From Amoebidium appalachense (taxonomy: Eukaryota; Protista; Ichthyosporea), in contig CAVNZM010000012.1 in NCBI GenBank assembly GCA_963693365.1, forward strand, positions 5,964,889 through 6,028,888: a stretch of DNA of 64,000 nucleotides. Reading direction: 5' to 3'. The position numbers were made by a program, and so were the translations under genes. The notes beneath the pieces are model-generated. The model had not been told where the DNA came from. It searched no databases and worked only from the letters and a program-made list of their open reading frames with translations. Shown in pieces: positions 1 through 12,680 of this stretch; the first letter of the stretch is position 1; each line of letters starts with the position of its first letter.

Positions 1-196
1 TAATTGGTTAGTGTGTTCTAACCCTCCTCAACCCTCCTCATTACACACACCCACATCTCCCACGCATGCACACACGCACACATACTCTTACGCGCGCACA
101 CAGAGACACACACACTCTCTCTCTCTCTCTCCCCCTCTCTTCTCTCTCTCTCTCTCTCTTTCTCGCACACACACACGTACACACGTACACGTACAG

Positions 197-300
197 CTGG
201 GGCCCAAACTGCGCATGACTTCGGGGCCCGTGCTTCAGCCACAGCTCCAAAAGTGGATCCTTCCCTTCCCTGGTGCCGACGCCACTGTGGTAAGCCCCCC

Positions 301-346
<46 letters not shown>

Positions 347-707
347 CCCGCCCTGCCCCCCGCCGCCTGCCCGCCTGCCCGGTGGCGGGGAATTATTCCT
401 CCTTTTCAGCTCAATTTCTGCTCTTGCACTTACTATATCGTTGATCTGTTGGTGTGTATGCCTTCGGCATTTTTTGGGTTTGTTTTTTCCCTTGTTCTGT
501 AACTCTGTCTTCCAGTGCTTTTCTTGTTTGGTTCCATAATACTGTGATTGTTGTTATCATGATCAATATTGCTTGGGGTGAGAGAGTTATCGCCATCAGA
601 TTCTCGAGTTTTTTCTTCTGAATGTTGCTTTTGCGCTCTTTAGGTTGGCTAAAGGGCAGTGACGCTTTGCCGAGAACAAGGGTTTTGTCAGCTTTTTTTT
701 TTTTTTT

Positions 708-751
<44 letters not shown>

Positions 752-2258
752 GGGGGAGGGGGGGGGGGAGGGGGAGGGGGGGGGAGGGGGGAGGGGGGGG
801 GGAGGAGCAGTGCAGTGAAAAATTGAAGGGAATAGGAGTCGAGTTGCCCGCCCGTGTGTGTGTGTGTGTGTGCACCATCAATCAACAGGGCCACCCACAT
901 TTCTTTTTGTGATTTCTCCCTGTGTTGTCCTCGGTACCGCTTTTGCCAATGCTTGGCCCCTCGACTGACACACTCTCGCCTTTCACCTTGTGAACTCCCC
1001 CCCCCCCCCCCCCCCCCCCCCCGTGCGCGCTCTCATATCCCTCCTTTTCCAACCTCTCTCCCCCGCCACCCTCTCCCCCCTCTCCCCCCTCTCTCCCCTC
1101 CTCCTTTTCTTTCCCCTTCTCCCCCCTTCCCTTTCGATTACACACCTGCTCCTCACTTGCTTCCTCCCCCTTCCCTCTCCCCCTCTCTCCCCCCTCCTCC
1201 TCCCCCCCCCCCCCCCACCCCCCACCCACCCATCCACCGCTCCATGTCTTTCGTCCTCTCCACCTCTCCCTTCCTCCCACATACCCACCCACCCACCCAC
1301 CCACTTATCCACACACACACACACGCACACGAACACCCAACCATCCACTCATCCACACACGTACCCCTGTCTTCCACAGGTACGGCGCACACAACGTGAG
1401 CTATACCACAGCCACCAGATCACGCCCACACAGTTTGCAGCATACATGACCATCCCAAGCACCTTCTATGTGGGGGTGGTCATGGCTGTGGGCATAGTCT
1501 TCAGGTGTCTTGCATCATACAAGTGGGGGAGGCAGCTACTGCTAAAGGTAGGAGGGAGGGAGGGGGGGGGGGGGGGGGGGGGGGGGAGGGGGCTAGAGAG
1601 TGGGGAGGAAGGATTTTGAGGGAGTGGGGTGAACATGGAGAGGTGAAGAAGGGGTAATTGTGGGGGGAGGGGGGGGAGGAGGAAGGAGGGGGGCACGGGT
1701 GAGGGGGGAGGAGGAGGGGGAAGATGGGTAGGGATGAGGGGTTGGGACGGAGGAGAGATGGGATGGGAAGGGGAGAAGTTGGGTGAGGGGAGGGGAGGGG
1801 AAGGGGAGAAGTTGGGTGAGGGGAGGGGAGGGGAAGGGGAGAAGTTGGGGGAGGGGGGGAAGGGAAGGGGCGGTGGGGGAGGGGAAGAGGGGGGTAGGGG
1901 GACGGGGGGAGGTGGGGGGGGGGGGGGGGGTTGTGCAATGCGGCATTACTAATGGCTTAGTGTATGGGCCGAGAATATCGAGGTGGCGTTGAATGGGGAG
2001 TTAAAGGGGGAGGGGAGGGGGGAGGGGGAGGATGTCCATTTTCGGAGGCACTGCCAATACACAAATGCTAACACCTACCTTGTATTTTTTCCGCTCCTTC
2101 CCTGTTTCTCAAACCACCCCCCCCCCCCCCCCCCCCTCCCCCTCCTCCTCCTCTTTCACCACCCTCGCCCTCTTCTTCCCTTCACCACTTTTTTCCTCTT
2201 GCTTGTAGGCTTCTGCCTTTTCAGCCATCGTTCCTCTCCCTCCCCTCTCCCCCCCAAA

Positions 2259-2290
<32 letters not shown>

Positions 2291-3201
2291 TTCCCCTCGC
2301 TCCGTCCCCTCCCCCATCCGCCCTCCCCTCCCTCCTAAAAAAAAACAAAAACAAATGCTCGTGCACACACGCACACACGCACCCACACACGCACGCACAA
2401 ACACACAAACATATACTCCTCACACACATACCCCCCTTCCCCCCCACCCCCCCACCCCAACTCCCACCCCCCCCCCCCACACACACACACACAGTTTCCC
2501 CGCCTGTTTTCATGGGGGGTGTTCAGTCACGAGGGGCCCAGTGCACAGGACCTAGCCACGACCTCCTTCGACATGCAGTTCATAGCACGTGCATACAGCA
2601 CCAGGCAGGGGGCAGAGGCAGGCGGACAGCCGGATGTGTGTGTGATGACAAGGGTGGCGGGGCCAGGTGTGTGTGTGTGTGTGTTGGGAGGGTGGGGGGG
2701 GGGGAGTGTACAGGGAGATGGGAGGACGGGGTGTGGGGGAGGGGTGTGGGGCTGCGGACGGGCGGGGCGGGGAGAGGGGAGGGGGGGGGGGGGGGGGGGG
2801 GGGGAGGTGGAAGGGGGGGGAGGGGGGTGGGTGGGTGATAGGGACGTGGGGAAGAGGGGGGGGGGAGGGGAAGGGGGGGGGGGGGAAGGTGTGGGTGCTT
2901 GTGTGTGTGTGGTGGGTGTGTATGCGTGTCTGTGTCTGTTTGTATGTATGTGTGTGTGTGTGTGTGTACCTGCGAATATGTGCGTGTGTGTGCCTGCGTA
3001 TGTGTGTGTGTCTGTCTGTGTGCGTGTGGATATCTAGGTAGCAATGAAGGAACCGGGAAGGAAGGGGAAGGACGGGGGATGATATGGAGAGGGAGTTCGT
3101 CCGGGTAGGGATAATGCTGGTTTCCTGTTCTGGCTAAGGGCTACCCCTACCCACTGTATGTACCATCGTGGCCTCCTCCCCTGGCCTCGTGTCATCTCCG
3201 C

Positions 3202-3233
<32 letters not shown>

Positions 3234-3532
3234 TTTCCGTCTCCCCCCACCCCACCCCGGGCCCGCCTCAATACACTTTTCCCCTTTCTTCCTCCCCCCT
3301 CCCACCCCCCCCCCCCCCAAACACACATACACACACACACTGCAGAGCCCGGCTACGTGGCCACACCCATCATTCTGGTTCAGGCCGCCATGACGCTGTT
3401 GGAAGAACGGGTGTGTGCCCCCCTTCTCCCCCTCCCCCCCCTCCCCCCTCGTCCTCCTCCTGCCCGGAGACACGCAGAGGGGCGGCCACCTCTTTAGTCT
3501 TCTTAATTTCCTTTCATTCATTCCTTGCTCCC

Positions 3533-3568
<36 letters not shown>

Positions 3569-4256
3569 TTGCCCCCCTGTCCACCACCCACCACCACCCA
3601 CCACCCCCCCACCCGCAAGGCCCCAATGCCCCCCTATTTCTTCCTAGATGAAAATTTTCCGGTTACCCCCCCCCCCCCCTCTCCCCACCAATACACCATG
3701 AGTTGGAATCCCCCTCATCCTTCCCCCTGACCTTGCTGCCACCACCCCTTAGCATCCCTTGCTCACTTTTTCTCGTTTTCTCGTTTGTGTGGTGTAACAC
3801 CCCACATGCAATGTTCAAGCAGGTCACACCGTCATGCACGTTCCCACTAGTAATAGAGAGTGTTTGGCATCCGAAATTCTTAAAACATATGTAGAGCAAG
3901 TAATGTGATCACATTGAAGAATTGTATTTGGAGCGCTGCCAAACACGCCCTTAGTCCTGGTTAGCAATGCAGTTGGTGTTGGATGGCATGTGGGTGCACA
4001 ACAGCAACATCCAGAGCGCATGCTGCTGCCTGCCACACACAGGGCGAGACAGACACATGCCATGCACATTGTGACTCACTCCGTCCCATATCCCTTCCCT
4101 TCTCCTCTACCTCCGCACCCTCTCTCCCCCCCCCCCCCCCCCCCCCCCCCCCATCTCAACCCACACTTACACATACTCACACCCACAAATTCACACATAG
4201 GTGCACATTTACACGAACCCAGCCACGCATGTGCTCACATTCACACATGTGTAAGC

Positions 4257-4294
<38 letters not shown>

Positions 4295-4342
4295 ACACAC
4301 ACACACGCACACAACCAACACACACACACACCCACACACACA

Positions 4343-4412
<70 letters not shown>

Positions 4413-4529
4413 CAGGCCAAGATTGAACCCGGCATGCTGACCCCTGCGCTTGCCTTCCGCCAAACGACATACCAGAGCAGGCTGCAATCACGGGGCATCC
4501 AATTCAGTGTTTTGCAAAAGAATATCTAA
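197..4529 (+). CDS. SCCPDH: Saccharopine dehydrogenase-like oxidoreductase, 3' part (5' exons lie upstream of the window)
   Basis: Exons 197-289, 1380-1547, 2495-2666, 3346-3410 and 4416-4529 join in frame at GT-AG junctions. They give [91 protein letters not shown], collinear with the SCCPDH C-terminal half as I recall it. Confidence 0.92.
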
Positions 4530-4690
4530 TGGATATTTGGATGTCCAACGGAAATTCGGATATCTTATGGATATGTGGATATCTAACGGATTTGTGATAT
4601 CCAGTGGGTAATTGGATATTCCAGTTTATAACTTGAGATTTGAGGTTGACATTTGGATATCAACGGATATTTGGATATCTAGTGGGTTTT
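4525..4690. repeat. Degenerate ~20-bp tandem repeat (GGATATTTGGATATCTAAC-like) in the SCCPDH 3' UTR
   Basis: GGATAT/GGATGT/GGATTT recurs about every 10 bp immediately after the stop codon. Confidence 0.6.
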
Positions 4691-4941
4691 TGGATTGTTT
4701 ATTATTGTTTGTGGAGAGATCTATTGTTGTATTAGGTTGGGGGTTTCTGTTTCTCATGTTTATTTAGCTGCTTATGTACATACATAGCCCTGCCAGTTTC
4801 TCATGTTTCAAGTTACTCGTGTTCCATCCCATCACGACTGCCAAATTTTTTTATTTTTCCATTTTTTTTCTTCCCCTTCATTTTTTTTTTTTTCTTTACG
4901 AGAGATCGGCATGCAAGTACCTTTGTAGAGCATTGTGCTCC

Positions 4942-4991
<50 letters not shown>

Positions 4992-5413
4992 AGAAGGGGG
5001 GGGGGGGGGGGGGGGGGGGGGATGGATAATAGGCTTGCTTGTAAGATATGTGTATCTGAATCTGTACGGATGATGGCATGTGTTGCCCACGTGAGGCATG
5101 TCTGCCCTGGAGTGTTTGGTGCAAAGGCGCAGGGGGGAGCAAATAAAGCTCACACAGCTGCCATAATAGTGTGTACAAACAGCACAGATTGCAGACCGTC
5201 TGTCACCTTACCTTAAATTTCCTCCCCTCCTCGAGCCCCTCCCCCCTCCCCCTCCCGCCCCCATCCTCATTTCCCCCTTTCCTGGGAGCCAAAAAGAAGA
5301 AGAAGAAAAGAGGGGGGATGAAACTCGCGTATCTGCAATAGACTTTGAAAGGAAAAACGGGGGGGAAAGAAACCTTATTTACCCCCGAAAAAAACCGGAA
5401 AAAATGAAACCGG

Positions 5414-5444
<31 letters not shown>

Positions 5445-5652
5445 GTGTGCATGTGTGTGTGCGTGGGGGGGGGGGGGGGGGGGGGGGGGGGGTTTGAAGA
5501 AGGAACAAAAAAGCAACCATGGTCTGAGTCCAGTTGAATTACGTGCACATGTGTGCACATAATCCGACGGGACACACACTGTGACACACAAAATGCTACC
5601 TGATGTATGCGGAGAGCCATCCCCCCTGCGCGCGCCCCCCTCCCCCCCCCTC

Positions 5653-5689
<37 letters not shown>

Positions 5690-6209
5690 CTCCCCTTGCC
5701 CCACCATCACCACCACCACTGCACGGCCCTAGGCCTACTTCCCACCACCCCAACGTCCAACCCGTCTTCTTGATCAACCGCTAGGTGCACCTATGAACTC
5801 TCTTATTAGCAACTCGCATGCATATAATTTTAACTTTTTAGAGCCTAATTTGAGATCGCATGCACACATGTGTACACACGAACTCTCGCCATTACTCAAG
5901 TCCATTTGGTGTTTATCAAGTGATGCAACTAGTTGCATATAAACCTCTCCGCCTTATTCATTTTGTTTCTAATGGGATGCCTGTAAACAAGTGGCTTCTC
6001 GTTTAGTTTCTGCTAGATTATTTAACATCACGTTCTGATGCATGGCCATGAATCTCTCCCTTACTCATCTAGTTCTACCTATTTGCGCTTGCATGCATGC
6101 CTGCAATCGCTCGGCCATGTGTGCAGATCACACCTAAGAACACGTCTGACTCAGGAGTCCATCGAAAATGATGCTGTTTCCGTCAAGCAATATTAGGCCT
6201 CAAACAGCC

Positions 6210-6252
<43 letters not shown>

Positions 6253-6709
6253 TTCCCCCCAGCCCCCTCTAACCACGACCCACCAGGTAACCACAGCCTC
6301 CCCTATTATGTCACAGTCAAAATTTACAATCGCAAACTGCACATACCGTCACGGTCATGATCACAATACAATGTGTGACTACAATTTCCGTCTTTCTACA
6401 TGGAATCCTGCATACAATATGCGGTATATCTATAGCGTATTTTGGACGAAAAAATACCAGAAGCCCCTACTTCTGCCCGCCGGGCCGTGTGCTATACAAT
6501 CTCTGGCCTTAGCGTTCATCGTTTGAACTTTGGCCATCGACATCTTGCAATTAGTGTAGATTAGCTCTTAGTAGTTCCTCTGAATTCTACAACTATTAAA
6601 AAACTGCACCCGCAGTGCTTTGCAAAGGACCCCCCACCCCCCCACACCCACTTCACCGAGGACTTCCTCCTAACCACAGATACCGGTGGTGGTTTACAGC
6701 AACCACTCC

Positions 6710-6751
<42 letters not shown>

Positions 6752-7232
6752 AAAAAAAAAAAAAGGAAAAAAAGAGGAAAAAAAAGAAAAAAAAGGAGAA
6801 AAAACTTTGAAAAATAAAAAGATCTGTATGCGCTATTGAGTGGCATGCTTAGAACAATAAAGAATACAAAAAAAAAAACGACCCGTATGCTATACTATAG
6901 AATATGGCTACATAAAACAATGCATAAAAAGAAAACAATCGGTTAGCAGTGGTCACCCGCTACAGCCGATCCTTTAACTACAAAGAAATGGCAACTTACT
7001 GTACATCAATTCCCCCATATGCAATCGATCTCCCGATTATCTGTCAAAACAGCTCCGTCTTTAAATATAGACATGTATGCATACTTCTCTACACGTAAAA
7101 CACAGCATATCTACAGTATATCTACAATAACATCTATCTACACCACCACATAAACGGTTCGTGTCCACTCTATCTACACCATCACAAAAAAACGGTCTAT
7201 ATCACTCAACCACGCGATATCCCCCTCAACCC

Positions 7233-8504
7233 TCACGCCTTGTTCTCAAGCGCTGACACCCGTCTCCCCACCACCCCCCTCTTAACGCTCGGGGTAGCGC
7301 ATCCCAACAACTTCACCCCCTGTGTTGCCGATGTAGGGGTACCACACTCGCTCCCCTCTGCTGCAGCCTTATAAGCAGCAACTCTCTCCCACACCTTCCC
7401 CCACGATTTTCTGGGAGCACTGCTCGTTTTTTCACTCACATCACCACCCTTCACATTCCCCGCCGCCGCCGAAACGTTTGGTGCATTCACCACCGCCTTT
7501 TTCGAATTCGCTCCCGGCGTGCACGTGTTTGTGTTTGTGTTCTGCTTTGCTTGCGTACATGTAATATGATTTGTTGAGGCGAGGGTGCCGGTGACGGGCG
7601 GGGATGTGTCTCTATCCTTTTCGTTAAAAGCCACAGGGACCTGTTCCTCACTGCCCCCATGTGCACACGTAGTGCACGGTTGACCCTGCAGATGTGCCAG
7701 CTCCATCATCAGCTCCGTGTACCATGTGTACACCAACGCACCCGCGTCCCTCTCCTCCCTGTATCTCATCTCCGCGTCGTCAGCGGCCCCGTGAGCTATC
7801 GCGAGCTGCAACTCGAGCACGGCGTTCTGCTCTAGCATGCTCACAAACTGTTCTTCCAACTGCTTGGCGTTCATCTGTGTACGTTCGAGCTCTTCCCTCG
7901 CTTGCTGCAGCGACGCGGCAAGCTCTCGTGCCTGCATGGTCGCCGTTCGTCTCTGTTTCCTCTCCTCGATCAACCTCTTGTGGTACTCCTCTATTCCGCA
8001 CTCCATCCTCTCTATCTGTAGGTCCATCGTAGACCTCCGCTCACGTGAGAGAGTCAACATGGACGCTGAAAGAGGGGTCATTGATCTTTTCCCAGTGAGG
8101 GTGGAGTATTTTGAACTCTTCGATCTCATGGAGCTGCCAACAAACTGTGAGGGGTGGGGGAACACTGAGGACGTGAGGGTAGAGACGGTGTAGTTTGTCG
8201 AGTTCGAGTCCGGGTCCTCAAGTCCCCCGTCCCCGCTCCACCCCCCGAGGAACACTTTGCGTGCGCGGTGCTGGCGCGCTTCAAGAGACGCAGGGAGACG
8301 TTTTTCGTCGGCTTTCAGCGGTGGTGGGGCGGGAGTGATGGGCTTGGTGTGAGTCGTGGGTGTGGGTGGGGCTTCGATACTAGGTGGCCCGGGGAGGGGC
8401 CATGGGGGTGAGATGTGGGCCACTTCCCCACGCTTGTACGTGGACTGGGTGGGATACCGTGGCCCCTCTGCTGGCGCTACAGGCCGGGCTGCTAGAAGAG
8501 TCAT
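7233..8504 (-). CDS. Intronless 423-aa protein of unknown function with a central coiled coil
   Basis: Long uninterrupted ATG..TGA ORF in normal-complexity sequence. It has a Pro/Ser-rich N-terminus, a heptad-rich E/Q/R/L segment (MDLQIERME...LELQLAIA), a CxxC motif and a low-complexity tail. No family recognised. Confidence 0.8.
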   Translation of the reverse strand: MTLLAARPVAPAEGPRYPTQSTYKRGEVAHISPPWPLPGPPSIEAPPTPTTHTKPITPAPPPLKADEKRLPASLEARQHRARKVFLGGWSGDGGLEDPDSNSTNYTVSTLTSSVFPHPSQFVGSSMRSKSSKYSTLTGKRSMTPLSASMLTLSRERRSTMDLQIERMECGIEEYHKRLIEERKQRRTATMQARELAASLQQAREELERTQMNAKQLEEQFVSMLEQNAVLELQLAIAHGAADDAEMRYREERDAGALVYTWYTELMMELAHLQGQPCTTCAHGGSEEQVPVAFNEKDRDTSPPVTGTLASTNHITCTQAKQNTNTNTCTPGANSKKAVVNAPNVSAAAGNVKGGDVSEKTSSAPRKSWGKVWERVAAYKAAAEGSECGTPTSATQGVKLLGCATPSVKRGVVGRRVSALENKA

Positions 8505-9103
8505 CTTCTAGTCTATCCACAAAAAACTCTGTCTTTGGAGCTACAAATCTAATGAAGTAAGTGGTGCCCTGCGGTGTTTGTGTGAAGAAATGTGAACGGA
8601 AAAAAATTCAAAAAAAAAACGTTAACATGTACAAAGTGCTTGTCGACACCGCTAGCAGGCTGCGTTTGTAGTGTAGTTACCTATTCCTGTGCAAAACCCA
8701 AATGCGTGTCTTTGATTTTGAAGCACCGAAAACGTGAAAGATGGCCAAACGAACGTGAGAGCAATAGCGAAGAAAACAATCACACTGCACGCATGTCATG
8801 CCATAGGAATCCAGACCAGACTTTCAAATTCGGTCTGTTTCGCTCAGCACGACAAGGGTGAGTGAATAACTCAGGACGTGTGCGTGTAGTGTTTGTGCGC
8901 ATCTGGTTCCTGTATGCGTGGCCCCGCCCACTTGAATGCACCTGCCCATTCCGCCTGTTGCTGGCAGCCACTGGCTGGCGCGAAGGAGCTGCAGCTCCCA
9001 CGGGACCTACTGCTTCTAATACCCACAGCCGTCCGACACAATAAAATCCCCCAACACCTCCTAGGTAGAACGTTTAGGAAAAATTTCCGATGCGAGGCTG
9101 GTT

Positions 9104-9474
9104 CAGGCCTGGAAATTACAGTGTTTCTAACACTTAATATATTTAGTTTGTGAAGGATGGTTTAGCTTAGCTGAACTCATAGATAGCACCTTAACTAGTG
9201 TACTGTCGGTGCTGTGTGGTAGAAGGTAGTTTCCCTAGAGGGCCTGAAAAGGCCCTCCGGGAACAAAACGTGATAAAATAAAAAATAAAAAATAACACTT
9301 AATATACGGTTGATTCTCAAAAAATACAGTAAAGATTTGAGGGTACACTATAAAAAAGCAAGCAAATCTCTCGAGGCCAATTAGCAGGGGCGATCCGCCA
9401 GGTGTCAAAATAAAGTGATTCTAAAATGTAATTTCCAGGAAAAAAAAAAAAAGAAAAAGTAATTTCCAGCCCTG
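9104..9474. mobile_element. hAT-type MITE
   Basis: 16-bp TIRs CAGGCCTGGAAATTAC (9104-9119) and GTAATTTCCAGCCCTG (9459-9474), 1 mismatch. Exact 8-bp TSD GGCTGGTT at 9096-9103 and 9475-9482. An 8-bp TSD with CAG-starting TIRs is typical of hAT elements. Confidence 0.9.
9142..9292 (+). mobile_element. Short A-tailed retroposed insert nested in the hAT MITE
   Basis: Flanked by an exact 14-bp direct repeat TAACACTTAATATA (9128-9141 and 9293-9306). Ends in the hairpin GAGGGCCT-GAAA-AGGCCCTC followed by a (TAAAAAA)-type tail. Confidence 0.75.
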
Positions 9475-10812
9475 GGCTGGTTGGGTGTTGTCAACCCAAG
9501 TCTACAAAGTCAGAGCAATTGGTTTGGATGAAATTTTTTTTTCAAAAGAATAAAACATACACCCATTCATGCATTCTGCTATAAACGAGACAGAAGCTCA
9601 TACTTCAAGTTCATAGTATGTCTCCTTTGAGTTTTCAAGGATGATGTTCTAGGAGGACTCGAGGAGCTCTCTGAATTCTGATCTTCTAACCAATGGGTGC
9701 GCAAAATATCTTTGCCCCCGTTTCAAAGTGTGTTGCCGGCCCCACAGTGGCAGCTACGTTACTCTTACTGATGAACTAGGCTATATACCAGCATTTTTTT
9801 GTAATTAATCATGATCCATTGCTCTTTTAATTCGTAAAGAGATTCTTTTCTGCATTCTTAGCGAGCCTTGTCTCAACGTGCTGTCCCCCGGCGCTGCCGC
9901 GCCGGTGCATGGAGTTTGTTGGCGGCGGAGCATGAATCTTTTGCGCGCCTCTTATTTATCCAATCACCCTTCGCCAGCCGTGGATCAGGATCTATTGGAG
10001 ATCCGCTTTCCTTCCTAAGCTCCGGAGCTCGCGGTAGCTCGCGGTGCGTTGTTATCTTTGTTGTTTGTTTGCTTCTTCGGTCTTGCATCAAATGTTCTCC
10101 GTGCATTGCAATCTAGACGGCAAAGGGAAAGAGGGATAGATATTAAAGTAACTTTAATATTGTGCTTCATGCCTTCATTTAATCTTCCAATATTTGCAAG
10201 CCTGATTGTCGTCGCCGTGATTATTATTGTTTGATATCAGCTAGTTTATCAGTGCTAATTGATCATAAATAGCATGTTATCACACAACTGTGCGTTGCAC
10301 TGCGTACATCTTCGTATGCATCGATATCGGTATAAGCGAGACACTCGTGATAGCGTCACACAACACACAATTGGTATCACACAAACACCACAGTGTTGCG
10401 TGCGAGTGCATATACATTGCATACTCGAGCTCGAGTCGCTATCCAGAGAACATTTTTTTCATGCAAAATATGCATTTGGGGATGTTCATGCATGTAGATC
10501 CATGGACAATCATTCTGAATGAATGAAAAGAACCCGCCCAGGTCTTGGCAAGGGTAAGGAATGACTATTGGGTACGGTACTTCTGCTTCTGGCGCTGCAT
10601 TCATGAATTTGAGTTTCGATCAGACCGAACCATGTGCACCCGTCGAGGTCTTCAGATGGTGCTGCACGTATATACGTACATGTGCATGAAGTGGCTGCAT
10701 TTCCGTTTTTTGAGGATGCAGACTGGGGAACTTGACGGGGGGAGGGGGGATGGGGTTGGGGATGGGGTAGGGGGGCTGCGGTGGGGGTGGTGGTGGTGGT
10801 GGTGGTGGTGGT

Positions 10813-10858
<46 letters not shown>

Positions 10859-11216
10859 GGGAGGGAGGCCCGCGGGGGGGGGGGGGGGGGGGGGGGGGAG
10901 GGGGAAGGCACGAGGAGAAGGGGTATTGTGGGTTTTTTTTTGGTTTTTTTTTTTTTTTTTTTTTGGGGGGGGGGGGGGGGGGAGGGGGGGGAAATTGACC
11001 GTTAAAAAGGCATGGGGGACTATCAATTGCTTTGGGTGAGTAGAACTAGTGGTGGTAACTGCGCAGCCCAGCGAGGGTGGAATAACTATAGGAGGATGCC
11101 ATTGGGTGTGTGTAAGCATGCATCATTTAAAATTTTATGCTGGGTGGGTAGGTGGGTGCTTGGAGGCGGGGGGAGGGGGAGGGGGCGGAGGGGGGCGCAG
11201 GGGGGAAGGGAGGGGG

Positions 11217-11247
<31 letters not shown>

Positions 11248-11586
11248 ATCTGAGGGGAAGGGGGATGAGGAGGGTAGCGGTCCACAACTTGTCACGGCCA
11301 CGCACCACTCTTCAAGTTGCTCAGGCACATGCTGCTGCTGCACCATGTAATAAAATCGCTTGAAGTCCAAAACACATCGCGTGGTACACAAATTTAAGAC
11401 AATGCTACAGGTGCATCTGTAGATGCATGTGCCCACGCACATGCACACAAATACAGTCGCACCCTACACATTACAAGGCCGGTCTACTTGTACACTACTC
11501 TCGGTAATCTGAAGAATACATTCAGCATAGTGTCTGCTAGGAGAATAGCTAAAAATTGTCCACTGCCATCCAAACCCCTTCCCTTC

Positions 11587-11857
11587 AAGGGCCCAACCAC
11601 ATCAACAGAGTCAACTCGCAAAAAGCAGGATTATTCTGCAACAGCGGAGTTATTCTGCATAAAGCGGAATTATTCTGAATTATTCCGCAAAAAGCAGCAT
11701 TATTCTGCTTTCGACAGCAGAATAATTCTGCTTTGCAGAACAAATCTGCCTTTGCAGAATGATTATCAGAGCAAATCTGCCTTTGCAGAATGATTCTGCT
11801 TTTTGCAGAACAATTCTGCTCGGAGCGAGTTGACTCAGCTGATGTGGTTGGGCCCTT
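11587..11857. mobile_element. Foldback MITE (possibly PIF/Harbinger-like)
   Basis: ~33-bp TIRs AAGGGCCCAACCACATCAACAGAGTCAACTCGC and GCGAGTTGACTCAGCTGATGTGGTTGGGCCCTT (2 mismatches). The interior is an array of GCAGAATAATTCTGC-like units in both orientations. No clean TSD found, so the superfamily is uncertain. Confidence 0.8.
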
Positions 11858-12572
11858 CTTCAACCTCCCCCCTCCCCCCCTCCCCCCCTCCCCCCCCCCC
11901 CCCCTCGCCGCCTCCGCAAAAAAAAAAAAAAAGAAAAAGAAAAAAAATAGCGCGCACACGCACACATGCATACATCCACACACCTTCAAACCCCCCCCCC
12001 CCCTCCCCCCCCCCCCCTTCCATCCCTCAAAAAAAAAAAAAAAACATCCTCAGGCTACACAAACCACTTCCTTCATCTCTCCTCTTGCTCGTCGTATACC
12101 TGGGGTTGCCGAATGTCTTTGTGTGTGGTCATGACGTCATGCAAGCCATGATGCCATAGTAAAGCTTCTTGCCGTGACTATACTATACATCGACCCTCAG
12201 CATCATTGAGTGAGGGCATGTACAGTATGTGTGTTTTGCACATAGTATTTACTGCTAAGTACTATGGGTGTGGTGCATCACTCTCTCATCCCGGCCTCCC
12301 TCTCCTCTCCCTTACCCTCCCCCTTCCCCCTTTCCCCCCCTCCCCAGGCGTGTGGAAAAAATAAACCGAAAAATAAAAAATATAAAAAAATATAAAAATG
12401 AAAAAGAACGTTAACCCCACCCCCTCACTCCAGTTCTCCTTCCATTGTGAATTCAACACCACTAAAACACGTGCATGCGAACGGACAACCCCTCCTCCCC
12501 CCAGGAACCGAACTCTCCCCCCCCCCCCCCCCCCCCCCGCCCCCTGCCCCCGCGCCCCCCTTCCCCACCCTC

Positions 12573-12680
12573 TGACGCGGCAGAGGATGGGAACTGTTAT
12601 ATCTGCATGCTTGCGTGTGTGTTTTGTTCTTGGATATCCCCAACTCCGGGCTTTTAATTGTGCTTTTTATGATAGCATCC
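12573..12680 (+). mobile_element. Old, diverged 3'-end fragment of the C-run retroposon
   Basis: TGACGCGG..GAGGATGGG..TGCATGCT..TGTGCTTTTTATGATAGCATCC resembles the family 3' end and lies between poly-C runs. Similarity is weak and judged by eye. Confidence 0.4.

Noticed and set aside
9868-10116. GC-rich stretch with short ORFs on both strands
   Set aside because: No motif, splice partners or repeat partner found in the window.
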